A stretch of DNA of 53,166 nt, filler included, from an uncultured virus (IMG/VR IMGVR_UViG_2124908030_000004) (lineage: Duplodnaviria; Heunggongvirae; Uroviricota; Caudoviricetes; Thumleimavirales; Hafunaviridae). It is 9 parts of one record of this genome, joined end to end, with 100 filler letters (N's around TTAATTAATTAA, not from the genome) between each part and the next. Parts side by side here need not be neighbours in the genome. Positions count along the whole stretch, not along the records: positions 1 to 3,839 come from IMGVR_UViG_2124908030_000004; positions 3,940 to 10,609 come from IMGVR_UViG_2124908030_000004; 7 more parts are not named here. One strand, 5' to 3'. A program made the position numbers and the translations under genes. Positions within the stretch are counted from its first letter, which is position 1. The number at the start of each line of letters is the position of its first letter. Positions 1 through 9,134 of this stretch are shown piece after piece. Under the pieces are notes generated by a model, which saw only the letters and a program-made list of their open reading frames with translations, searched no databases and was not told where the DNA came from.

Positions 1-144
1 CTAATCGGTGAATCTACCACGGATAACCTGCATGGAGGGGGTTTCAAGAACTGGTTGGACGTTCAAAAAGCAACAGACAGCGAACTGCTTGAGGTATCGG
101 GACTTGGAAAGGGCGGACTTGAGAACCTACGAAACTACACATGA
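1..144 (+). CDS. C-terminal fragment of helix-hairpin-helix domain protein
   Basis: Frame 1 reads ...KATDSELLEVSGLGKGGLENLRNYT*, an HhH-like motif; truncated by the window edge. Confidence 0.55.
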   Translation, partial: LIGESTTDNLHGGGFKNWLDVQKATDSELLEVSGLGKGGLENLRNYT

Positions 145-455
145 CTGACTCAAAGACTCAGAGCGGCGACATTGACTTTGCCTACGGACGAAATCACCTT
201 GATGGGTGTAGCTGTCCGGCTATCACAGCCGGATATACAGAAGCAGATATGGACGATAGTGAGGTATTTGAAACTGCATACAATTTTGACCAGATTGTTG
301 GAGAAATGAAAGATAAACACTACGGAATTGTAAGCGAAGAACGAGCAGAGCGAGCGTGGTTTAAGTCAATCAAACGAATGAAATCTAAAGGAAAAAGCAG
401 GTCGGTTTCGATTGCTCGAGAAATTGCGACAACTCTGGGGTGGTCTGACGAATGA
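141..455 (+). CDS. small CxCPA-motif protein, paralog 1
   Basis: FAYGRNHLDGCSCPAITAGY...AW...EIATTLGW; homologous by eye to three other ORFs here. Confidence 0.8.
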   Translation: MTDSKTQSGDIDFAYGRNHLDGCSCPAITAGYTEADMDDSEVFETAYNFDQIVGEMKDKHYGIVSEERAERAWFKSIKRMKSKGKSRSVSIAREIATTLGWSDE

Positions 456-742
456 GTGACCGCTACTTTGCGTTCGGACGAAATCACTACGATGGGTGTG
501 ACTGTCCGGCTGTTGAAGCGGGGCGAAGCAGTGAAGAAATGGAGGAAATGGGGGCACTGTTTGACATGATTAGCAGTTACGACGACATTGCTCAAACCCG
601 ATATTCACCTCGGAAGGGAACCGTTGTAGAAAAGAAAGCGAAACGCAACTGGTTCCAAGCCATTGAGGAGCTTCGGGACCGACAGAAGCACGACGCTGCT
701 GATGTTGGTGTTGAAATTGCGGAAACTCTGGGGTGGGAGTGA
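452..742 (+). CDS. small CxCPA-motif protein, paralog 2
   Basis: FAFGRNHYDGCDCPAVEAG...EIAETLGW; ATGA overlap with the previous gene. Confidence 0.8.
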   Translation: MSDRYFAFGRNHYDGCDCPAVEAGRSSEEMEEMGALFDMISSYDDIAQTRYSPRKGTVVEKKAKRNWFQAIEELRDRQKHDAADVGVEIAETLGWE

Positions 743-1068
743 TGCCGTATCCGCCCGGAGTCTCTGCCGGCTCTCCCCGAGCGCCGTGGAATGCTCCTGA
801 GCCAGACGAGTGCGAGCTATGTGGTGGTGTCTACACCGAGGGTGGGCACGAAGCAGTAGAGGTTGAAGATATCTGGTTCTGTATTGAGTGCGGCACTGAG
901 TTTCAGGCTCACGAACCAGAGGAGTGCCCGGAGTGTGCGTTCCCTGAGTTTGGGAATCCGCCGTGTCCGAACGGTGGGGTTGGACACGCAGAGCGGCAGG
1001 AGAACAAGCGAATGGCTGAGGGCGACCGAAAGTACGACGCGATGAAAGAGCGAGAGATGTTCGATTGA
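742..1068 (+). CDS. CxxC zinc-finger protein
   Basis: CELC, CIEC, CPEC motifs; ATG at 742 overlaps the upstream stop. Confidence 0.7.
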   Translation: MPYPPGVSAGSPRAPWNAPEPDECELCGGVYTEGGHEAVEVEDIWFCIECGTEFQAHEPEECPECAFPEFGNPPCPNGGVGHAERQENKRMAEGDRKYDAMKEREMFD

Positions 1069-1173
1069 TGCGGCGCTGCATCTATTGTGGAAAGCCCGCA
1101 GAGAAAGCGACTGGCCGCTGTGGAAACAACCCGAGCGGAAACCGATACGGATACCACGACGTTCAAGAAGTCA

Positions 1174-1488
1174 ATGACTGAAGACCTACCATACTCCAAC
1201 CGACTTGATGCACAGAACCCGCAGGATTACGTCAAAGCGTACAACAAGGCTGACGGAGTTGTTGAGGAATCAACTGTCCGTGGCAAGTTGGAAGCGATAG
1301 ACGATAGCCGGTGGTACAACACGCTCGATCACGCTCACACTCATATTGCCAACACCGACCTCGGTGGAATGGAGACAGTCAGTGAGCTGTATAGCGATGA
1401 TTTCCTTGAGTGGGTCGGCGTTTTCGGACTCTGTGAGGATATCACGACGCTTGAAGACCTGACCGGCATTTCCCCGAAGCACGACTAA
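1174..1488 (+). CDS. hypothetical protein
   Basis: Acidic ORF; ATG at 1174 chosen within ORF 1087..1488. Confidence 0.55.
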   Translation: MTEDLPYSNRLDAQNPQDYVKAYNKADGVVEESTVRGKLEAIDDSRWYNTLDHAHTHIANTDLGGMETVSELYSDDFLEWVGVFGLCEDITTLEDLTGISPKHD

Positions 1489-1970
1489 TTGTGTTTTTCA
1501 AACTAACGCAGCACTGGGTAGAAGCATCTATGCTGTTCTCCTCTCGGATGATGTTCGGTGATGAAACGACCGCACATCTGCTTGAGGAAAACTCTGAGGA
1601 TTACAGTATGCAAGAGCGGCGAGACTTCGCGGTTAGACACTCCAATCAAATGAGTTCGTNNNNNNNNNNNNNNNNNNNNCGTCACGGCGAAGCATCACGG
1701 ATTGCCGTTCAACGAGTGGAATTTGATGAGCAAGGTTTGATGGACGGGTTGCAGCACAGTTGGATTGCTCGCGAGAAATTGAAAGAGTGGCTCTGGAAGA
1801 ATGAAGTGTCCTACTTGATTGAGTTCAAAGAAAATGGCTACTAAGATGATGGTCGATGATGGTACCGGGACTCTCAAACGATATGTCAGTGCTAATTCTG
1901 GTGGCCCATATTGGCCGGCAGAAATACGAAGGGAGCCATTCGGTGTAACCGAGTGGGTTGACAAACGGCT

Positions 1971-2016
1971 GCTCTGATTGGTTGACTGGGGTTCGATTCC
2001 CCAGCAGGGCTTGCGG
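1971..2016 (+). ncRNA. tRNA-like mini-element (acceptor-like stem + T-arm)
   Basis: GCTCTG/CAGGGC stem stacked on CTGGGG-TTCGATT-CCCCAG, followed by TTGCGG; intergenic, next ATG at 2032. Confidence 0.65.
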
Positions 2017-2436
2017 TTTTGGAGAGCAACAATGACAGCAATAGCCCCCGGCAACGACGAGCCGTATGACCCCGACCGAAACGACGAACGAGCCTACGAC
2101 GACAGGGCGGGAGACTTCATTGAGGAGGCGTTAGAGCGAGGCGAATTCCTTGTTGACGAAGCACTGAGCAGTACCAACACGGATTACGGTGGCCGTGACC
2201 CTGCCGAGGAGTCTCTGGTATGACAACAGAAGAAGAAGCCGAACAGGAGAGAGAAGACAGCGTGCTGTTCGACATTCGGAGCGACGAAGCATGAAACAGA
2301 TTGAGTTAGAAGATGATGTTGGTAACGTTTACATTGAAAACGACGACGACCTGCTCGTGGCTATTGACAGAGACGCAGAGGAGATTTACGTTTATGAACC
2401 AGACAGATACCAGCCAGTTTACGTGGGTGACTTGCA

Positions 2437-2670
2437 ATGAGTGAATCATTCAAGTACGACGTTCTGTACGAGTTCGAAGCGGTGGCGTTTGAAGACGAAG
2501 CATACCACGCGGCTTTGTCAATGCTGAAAACATCAGTCGGTCCCGACGAGTGTGAGGTCATCATGAAGACGTTTGACAGGGCGGAGAAGTCGGTCATGCT
2601 AACTGTCCTAACCGACACCGACCCCGACGACCTAACACAAGCAGCGGCAGTCTACAGAGTCGGACAATGA
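2437..2670 (+). CDS. hypothetical protein
   Basis: Acidic ORF with overlapping start/stop in a tightly packed cluster. Confidence 0.55.
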   Translation: MSESFKYDVLYEFEAVAFEDEAYHAALSMLKTSVGPDECEVIMKTFDRAEKSVMLTVLTDTDPDDLTQAAAVYRVGQ

Positions 2671-3064
2671 CAACGCAAGAACACGTTCTGATTGACTTGA
2701 TTGGGAAAGCGTGGGACGAGACTGACATTCCTCAATCCAAGTTTGCGGAACTGCTGCGAAACGAGGCTGACCTGTACGAGAACGCGCCGGAATTAGCCAG
2801 CGACCCCAGCCGACCATACTAATGACAACTATCGCGAAAACCCTTGGCCTGACCCTCACCGACGCACCGAGTCAGAAGAACATTGACTACATCCTGATTG
2901 ATACCTACGGGAATGAATTTCCGATATCAGACAGGGCAGAGATGAACGACATTGAGGTGCTGTTCTCAGAGGTGAAGGACAAATGAACGTTCTCGAGCTG
3001 GCAATGAAGAAAGTGCTGGACGAGTCGGACGACGGAATCATTCTGGAAGTTCTGGACGAGGAAG

Positions 3065-3346
3065 ATGATGACTGAACGAGAATTCGCTGTCTGTGCCAAC
3101 ACGTTTGAGGGTTGTGCTTGTCCGGCTGTTGCTGCTGGGTTTGACCCGGACAACGACCACTCAATAGAGATAGCAGAACAGTACGACTACTTTGCCGGAG
3201 GAGACGCCCGGACTATTCCCGAGAAGAACGCCAAATCAGCATGGCTTGAAGCAATCCACGACCTTCGGGAGACGAACCGACCAAAATCAGCAGACCTCGG
3301 TGAAGAAATTGCGATCAAACTCGGATGGATGGAAGACAATGAGTGA
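3065..3346 (+). CDS. small CxCPA-motif protein, paralog 3
   Basis: FAVCANTFEGCACPAVAAGF...AWLEAI...EIAIKLGW. Confidence 0.8.
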   Translation: MMTEREFAVCANTFEGCACPAVAAGFDPDNDHSIEIAEQYDYFAGGDARTIPEKNAKSAWLEAIHDLRETNRPKSADLGEEIAIKLGWMEDNE

Positions 3347-3620
3347 TTCACAAGAGCGACAGTTTGCAGTTGGAAGCGACACAGTTGATAAGTGCGATTG
3401 CCCAGCGGTGGCTGCTGGATACGACACTGCAAAATCAGACGTTGCTGCTATGGCTGGTGGTTACGACTTCTTTGCCTGCCATGATACACCACACGGATAT
3501 GCAGAGTTTACTGTCAGCGAGAAGCGAGCAAAAGAAGCATGGCTTGAAGCGATTGACGATGCTCCTGCTAACGAAGCCAACGTGGGACGTGACATTGCAA
3601 CAGAACTGGGGTGGCTCTGA
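3339..3620 (+). CDS. small CxCPA-motif protein, paralog 4
   Basis: MSDSQERQFAVGSDTVDKCDCPAVAAGY...AWLEAI...DIATELGW; ATG at 3339. Confidence 0.8.
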   Translation: MSDSQERQFAVGSDTVDKCDCPAVAAGYDTAKSDVAAMAGGYDFFACHDTPHGYAEFTVSEKRAKEAWLEAIDDAPANEANVGRDIATELGWL

Positions 3621-3939
3621 TGGCGGGTGGTCAAGAGCGACACCTCGATGAGTTTGGTTTCTGTGAATGTGGGTCCGCTCGGTCTGGAACTGAGTATATG
3701 GAATTTGAATTTCAAGATGAACGAACTGGCCGGTGGAGTTTTGAAAAAGTCCCGGCCTGCTCTGACTGCTTCGGGCTGCTCTAAACAATTAACGTAGCGG
3801 TTTCGTCTTGATTGGACGGCGAGGTTCGATCCTCAGCAANNNNNNNNNNNNNNNNNNNNNNNNNNNNNNNNNNNNNNNNNNNNTTAATTAATTAANNNNN
3901 NNNNNNNNNNNNNNNNNNNNNNNNNNNNNNNNNNNNNNN

Positions 3940-4392
3940 TACGCCGACGCAGTGCTTCATGCAGAGACAGTCCCCGATGTTGACGCCGACGAGGGCGTTG
4001 TCATCATGGACTACAAGACGGGCAAGACGGAAGACGAGAAATACCGCGACGAAGGAATCTTCCTCGAGGGCGAGTTCTACGGTTGGCTCTTTGAGGAAGA
4101 CCCGACGTTCGAACACAAGGTGGCTGCCGTGGGTGGCTACTACCCACAGAATGACGACCTTGTTATCTCTCCGTACCCCGACTACGAGCGGCGAAATCTC
4201 ATTCTTGACTCCGTGGAATCCATGCAGGAACCCCCGGAGGTAGAGAACTATGAGCTTAACGAGAATCCGCTCTGTCACTACGGCCACGGCAAGTGCTTCT
4301 TCTACGATGATTGCCCGACGACGTGGGGCATGAAAGGTGGTGCTGGTTACCACAACAAGGCAGAGCCGGACGGGAGTGTGACTCCGAAGTAA
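3940..4392 (+). CDS. Cas4-like/RecB-family PD-(D/E)XK nuclease, C-terminal part (copy 1)
   Basis: DAV...IMDYKTGK motif and C-terminal cysteine cluster; nearly identical to 18200-18654. Confidence 0.75.
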   Translation, partial: YADAVLHAETVPDVDADEGVVIMDYKTGKTEDEKYRDEGIFLEGEFYGWLFEEDPTFEHKVAAVGGYYPQNDDLVISPYPDYERRNLILDSVESMQEPPEVENYELNENPLCHYGHGKCFFYDDCPTTWGMKGGAGYHNKAEPDGSVTPK

Positions 4393-4726
4393 TGTTTGAT
4401 GAATGTATTTGCATTGAGGAGAGGCGAGAGCCGAAGAAAGTCATAGAGCGAATTCCGTTTGCGGCCCCGGACGAGACGACCATCAAACGAATAGAGTGTA
4501 TGACTTGCGGTGAGGAGATCAAAGACCTATCATGACAGAAGAAGGCAACACGCTACTGACGCTGCATAACGACTCAATTGAAGAACTAACCGGCGGCCTC
4601 ACAATGCTCGCTCAGATGCTTAGAGTGATGCGGAAATACGAGAAGGCTGAGAAGATGGAGACAATTCGAGACACGATAGACGCACAGTATTACTCATAGC
4701 TAAAGCGGTAGACACCAACCCCCTCA

Positions 4727-4831
4727 ATGAATCAAAACCAGAGTCCCAACTGTTGCGATAACCCACGAATCGTTTTCCAATCAGGCTGTCAGTCATGTCG
4801 GAATTGCGGTTGGAGTGCGTGTCATGTCTGA
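4727..4831 (+). CDS. 34-aa zinc-ribbon microprotein
   Basis: MNQNQSPNCCDNPRIVFQSGCQSCRNCGWSACHV*. Confidence 0.5.
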   Translation: MNQNQSPNCCDNPRIVFQSGCQSCRNCGWSACHV

Positions 4832-4934
4832 CTGTCCTGAATGCAACGAGGAAATGGAGTACGTTGACGAGCCGATGATTAGCGGTGTGGTCGGTTACTT
4901 TTGCATGAACCCAGACTGTCCGTATGACTCATAA
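4824..4934 (+). CDS. 36-aa zinc-finger microprotein
   Basis: MSDCPECNEEMEYVDEPMISGVVGYFCMNPDCPYDS*. Confidence 0.5.
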   Translation: MSDCPECNEEMEYVDEPMISGVVGYFCMNPDCPYDS

Positions 4935-5099
4935 AATCTACATTACAAACACAGAATTGGTGATGGAGGGGGAAGACCCCACCATCAAACTCTACGGTCG
5001 CACTGGTGGAGGTAAGCAAAAGCCAATCACCGTCACTGACTTCGACCCACACTTCTACGTTCGACCCGAGGACGCTGAAGGTATCAGCCCTGTTGACCA
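4924..5099 (+). CDS. polB: N-terminal fragment of family B DNA polymerase
   Basis: IKLYGRT...ITVTDFDPHFYV resembles the PolB N-terminal domain; broken by an N gap; the PolB at 19104 lacks its N-terminus. Confidence 0.65.
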
Positions 5100-5254
5100 N
5101 NNNNNNNNNNNNNNNNNNNGGAGAGTCCATGAACATCACGAACCAGAATATTCTCGAGGATAAGGTGAGCGAGCAAGAAGAAACTGAAGATGATGTGTTC
5201 AACGACGAACTTCGTGGTGGTACCGACGACTCACAGGGAACGCTCGGGTGAGCA

Positions 5255-6496
5255 ATGACTAACTATGAACGGCTTATTCTTGAGGCATCAAAGGTGTGGT
5301 GCCCGGACCTTAGCCCGGAGTATCCACGCCGGGTAAGCAATGCTAACACCTTTCAGACAGAGGTGACCAGCCGGTATCGGTTGGTATCAAGTCTCATTGA
5401 CGCGCAGCAGAATGGCAAAGATGGGTTCGTTTCAACCTACTCTTTCCCTCGGGGTCACACCGACGCTGGTGATAACGTTCCTGAGATAAACACCATATTC
5501 GTTGACTTCGATATTCCGGCTGATTCAGAGTATCGGCAATCTGACCACTCCCTCAATGCGTGGAAACGCTCTATGAGTGACTTGCTGATTCGCGTTCAGA
5601 TGGTCGCCAGCACGCTGCTGGAATCAGGCAAAGCAAAGCACTGGCGGGCCTCTCTCAGCGGTCACAAGGGCGTTCACCTGTTCTTCGACTTCGAACCCGT
5701 ACACGAAGCCAACGGCTCGTACAAGCAGTTCAAGACGGGCCTTAAGCAGTACGGCGACAAGATGATTGAGCAGATTGACGAGTTCGCTGGTGGTATCAAC
5801 ATTCAGCCGTGGGTTGACGTTGACTCGTCTGACCTTGCCCGGCTGGTCCGGCACCCCAACACTCGGCATCCCGGTGCCAAGCACCGCGACGAGTCATGGT
5901 GTGTTCCGGTCACCATCCAAGAGCTTGCAGATATGACTGCCGACGACTATCTCAAGCTCACCAACGGCCCGCGAGAGATACCTGACTCTTGCCAACGCAA
6001 TCCGTCAGCAGAAGGCCGTGACGAGATTGGACTCAAGATTCGCAATGTCAATGGTGGCGGTTCCGGCTCTCGGGACTACACCGAGACAAAGATGCGTGAC
6101 CCAAAGGCGTTGCAAGACTACCGAGAGCGGTCTAACGACGATATTAACGTCGGTACCATCCCGCTGCTGGTGCAGAACAAGCCGTGTATCATGGCGTTCG
6201 CTGAGCGTGACGATAGCTACAAGCACGGTGCTGCCAGCCGAACAATGGAGATCAACGTCATGAAAGAGTTGATTCAGAAAGAGGTGCCCGTCGATACTAT
6301 TGTCAACTTCTTCCGTGGCTTTGACGGCTTCAACGAGAGCGATACCCGCACTCTTGTTGAAGACCTGATTGCACGGTATGACGGCCCGTTCACCTGTAAA
6401 AACATCTGGAACGATGGTGGTGAATTCTGTGTTGCAATGAACGACGACTACGACCAGTCGTGTCGTATCTACGACAAAGAACAGATGACTTCATGA
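5255..6496 (+). CDS. archaeo-eukaryotic primase (PriS-like) with C-terminal PriL-like domain
   Basis: FVDFD, SGHKGVH and DLARLVRHP AEP motifs; C-terminal PC...TC...C cysteines. Confidence 0.8.
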   Translation: MTNYERLILEASKVWCPDLSPEYPRRVSNANTFQTEVTSRYRLVSSLIDAQQNGKDGFVSTYSFPRGHTDAGDNVPEINTIFVDFDIPADSEYRQSDHSLNAWKRSMSDLLIRVQMVASTLLESGKAKHWRASLSGHKGVHLFFDFEPVHEANGSYKQFKTGLKQYGDKMIEQIDEFAGGINIQPWVDVDSSDLARLVRHPNTRHPGAKHRDESWCVPVTIQELADMTADDYLKLTNGPREIPDSCQRNPSAEGRDEIGLKIRNVNGGGSGSRDYTETKMRDPKALQDYRERSNDDINVGTIPLLVQNKPCIMAFAERDDSYKHGAASRTMEINVMKELIQKEVPVDTIVNFFRGFDGFNESDTRTLVEDLIARYDGPFTCKNIWNDGGEFCVAMNDDYDQSCRIYDKEQMTS

Positions 6497-6584
6497 CAAA
6501 CAATCTTACTCCGCGAGAAGACGAAATTGTTGACTNNNNNNNNNNNNNNNNNNNNCAAGACAAGTTCGACATGGGGCGATAACA

Positions 6585-7550
6585 ATGGATTACTCACGAC
6601 TCACAAAAGAAGAAGCGACGGACATTCTTGTAAAGCACGACGAAGCAACGTGGACTGACCGCCTTTGGAAAGAGGTGATTGAGCCAGCCAAAGTTCTCTA
6701 CTGGTTGGATGCGTTCGGTGACCAGAGCCTCGCTATCAACTGTCAGGGCTTGCCCAAAACCCTACCCGACGACGTGGTGAAAGGCGTCAATGAGTTCGAT
6801 GTTCTGGGTGAATGGGACGGACGGCACCAAGTCCATGAGTGTCCGACTTGCAGCAGGGAACTCTACGAGTTCGGGCTTGGCAACTGCGAAATCATTGACG
6901 AGTATGGTGACCATCACCAGATGATTGGTTTCCTTTCAGATGAATCGGGCCAGATGTACGATGCACTGGGTGAACATAGGTTCATGTGTCAAGGCTGTAA
7001 GGACCACACTCGGGAGACGTTCGGACGGCACGCAAGTTACGATGGAGTAGCTATCTTCTACGGGACAACGGAGAACAAGCACTACAAATTCCGAGAGACA
7101 GCCGGCATTATCTCTCGGGATTCGTGGGGTTGCTACTCCGGTGATTGCGTTGACCTCCCGGTTCACAATGAGCAGACCAGCGACCACTACGACGTGGCTG
7201 AGATCGAACGAGCATTTGCTCAGGGTGGCCGTGAGAAGATGGAATTCATTGAGGAGGAGTTGAATTTCGTCCAAATCAAGTACGACCAACTTGACGTTCG
7301 ACGGACTGGAGTTGGCAAGGCAGAGTGGGACGTGAAAGAGATTCTTCAAGAGTGGTCCGAAGCACTCTACGATGAAGACTGTGAGAATTGCCACCCCGAC
7401 CTTGACTTCACATACATCATTGAGAACGGCAGAAAAATCTACTGTCCTGAGCAGTGGCAAGACAAACTCGAGTATGAGTTGAAGTTCCGCTTCTATCAGA
7501 AAGACGGACAGCCCGACGTGGCTCAGAGTCTGACTGACCACACGCTCTAA
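6585..7550 (+). CDS. hypothetical protein with CxxC motifs
   Basis: 321-aa acidic ORF; CPTC, CQGC, CENC. Confidence 0.7.
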   Translation: MDYSRLTKEEATDILVKHDEATWTDRLWKEVIEPAKVLYWLDAFGDQSLAINCQGLPKTLPDDVVKGVNEFDVLGEWDGRHQVHECPTCSRELYEFGLGNCEIIDEYGDHHQMIGFLSDESGQMYDALGEHRFMCQGCKDHTRETFGRHASYDGVAIFYGTTENKHYKFRETAGIISRDSWGCYSGDCVDLPVHNEQTSDHYDVAEIERAFAQGGREKMEFIEEELNFVQIKYDQLDVRRTGVGKAEWDVKEILQEWSEALYDEDCENCHPDLDFTYIIENGRKIYCPEQWQDKLEYELKFRFYQKDGQPDVAQSLTDHTL

Positions 7551-7561
7551 ACAATTAGAAA

Positions 7562-7623
7562 CGGTGAAACAGTCTTTATGACTGTCGCCGGAGAGTGGCG
7601 ACTCCGGCCTGATGAACCCGCCT
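7562..7623 (+). ncRNA. type II hammerhead ribozyme
   Basis: GGT-GAAA-CAGTC/GACTG-TC^-GCCGGAG/CTCCGGC-CTGATGA-ACC: full catalytic core, three stems, GUC cleavage triplet; intergenic. Confidence 0.9.
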
Positions 7624-7633
7624 AACCCCCTCA

Positions 7634-7888
7634 ATGCACGTTAAATCAACAGTCTATCCCGTAGCTGAAGCGCGGGAGACAGACGACGAACAGTGGTATG
7701 AATACACGGTTGCTTTGGTTTCTGACAGCAGGCGGGTAATTGACTCGTGGAACAGTCTCTACGAGACGTACAATAGCTGCCCCAAGCAGCGGTTATCAAA
7801 AGAAAAAGCGAAGCAGGCGGTTGCAGAGATTCGGAGCGACGTAGAACAGGGCGATGCAAGCACTTGGTTCGACACCAGCGACGACTAA
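7634..7888 (+). CDS. hypothetical protein
   Basis: ORF starting just after the ribozyme. Confidence 0.6.
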   Translation: MHVKSTVYPVAEARETDDEQWYEYTVALVSDSRRVIDSWNSLYETYNSCPKQRLSKEKAKQAVAEIRSDVEQGDASTWFDTSDD

Positions 7889-7893
7889 CTCAA

Positions 7894-8346
7894 ATGTCCA
7901 CTACTACCACGCAGCAGCAGGATTCCGTTGAAGCACAGCCCGCCGAAGAAGAAGTCACGTACACGTTCAAGCCGACTGAGGAAAACAAGACGCGAGGAAT
8001 CACCGTCAGCCTCGATGCAGGAACGAAAACTGAACTTGACAAGTACGTCTGCAAGTCCAACCACAACCACAAGTGGATGAGCGTCTCACAGTTCGTCAAC
8101 GACGCGCTGATTCACTACATTGACGGGTCTGGCAGCAAGGACAAGAGCGCGGAAGATATTCTCTCAGATGCCTCATGGAGTTGCGAGGCACAGAGTTGCG
8201 TCAACATTACCCCGACGCTGTTCAACGAGATCGACTCGCTTGTCTACCATCCCCACACTCCGTGGGACACGAAGCAGGAGTTCTACATCTGCGCTATTTT
8301 CGATTACGTTGAGTCGGGAATGCCCGCTGTCTACAACCGGCGATAA
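7894..8346 (+). CDS. putative tandem ribbon-helix-helix DNA-binding protein
   Basis: ITVSLD...ELDKYV...SVSQFVNDAL and a second copy VNIT...EIDSLV...TKQEFYICAI. Confidence 0.55.
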   Translation: MSTTTTQQQDSVEAQPAEEEVTYTFKPTEENKTRGITVSLDAGTKTELDKYVCKSNHNHKWMSVSQFVNDALIHYIDGSGSKDKSAEDILSDASWSCEAQSCVNITPTLFNEIDSLVYHPHTPWDTKQEFYICAIFDYVESGMPAVYNRR

Positions 8347-8348
8347 CA

Positions 8349-9134
8349 ATGTCAGGTTCACGCAAACTCCGATTCGAAGTAGTCGTACAGGTTGACGGTG
8401 ACGAGCGAGGTCCAGACCGCCGTTTCATTGAGAACGCTCTGGTTGACACGCTCAATCATGGTTACAACGACTTCGCTGTTGACGTACAACAGTCGTCTAA
8501 CTCAATGGCCGAGGACTACCCGTTCACCAGCCAAGAATACTGGCACAGTGTCATGAGTAGCGCCGAGGAGCATATTAAGAGCAGTTCACGAAAGACGGCA
8601 CGAACGGTTGTCAAGAACAACCGGCTGGTGTCTCACTACCCACGAGCAGTTATCTATCACTGTCGGAATGGGATGGCTGGCGACGGACATCAAGAGTACG
8701 TGTTCGACAGGGCTGCTTACGAGTCGAATGAGATGTTGTATCAGTTGGCGAAAGCAGCACTCTACAACGATGTAGCGGATGTTGCTGAGCGAATCCTTGA
8801 GGCAGAGAAAAATCTTGGTGAGGCTTCTGATGTTCTCTCGGACATGACTTGGAGCAAGAATGTGAAGTTCAACTTCCCGTATCAGAAGGGTGTACGTGAC
8901 CCAGTGACTCGGAACTATACTCTCAATCATCTTGGCTACGGAGAGTATGAATTCATTGACCCTGAGGGTAACTCGTTTGAAGTTATCTCGCCTTCGGTGA
9001 AGTTTGAGGCTCCCTACGATGAGCGAGAGCAGAACTTCGATTACCAGCCGAAAGCAATGACGCTGGAAACGTGGCTGAATAACTTCTGTGCCAAGCAGGA
9101 GCGAGAGCGAGAAATGGCAGCAGATGGAGCTTGA
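8349..9134 (+). CDS. hypothetical protein
   Basis: 261-aa ORF in operon context. Confidence 0.7.
   Translation: MSGSRKLRFEVVVQVDGDERGPDRRFIENALVDTLNHGYNDFAVDVQQSSNSMAEDYPFTSQEYWHSVMSSAEEHIKSSSRKTARTVVKNNRLVSHYPRAVIYHCRNGMAGDGHQEYVFDRAAYESNEMLYQLAKAALYNDVADVAERILEAEKNLGEASDVLSDMTWSKNVKFNFPYQKGVRDPVTRNYTLNHLGYGEYEFIDPEGNSFEVISPSVKFEAPYDEREQNFDYQPKAMTLETWLNNFCAKQEREREMAADGA

Noticed and set aside
4924..5251. Naturally split DNA polymerase
   Set aside because: Both PolB parts end at assembly gaps, so the split cannot be supported
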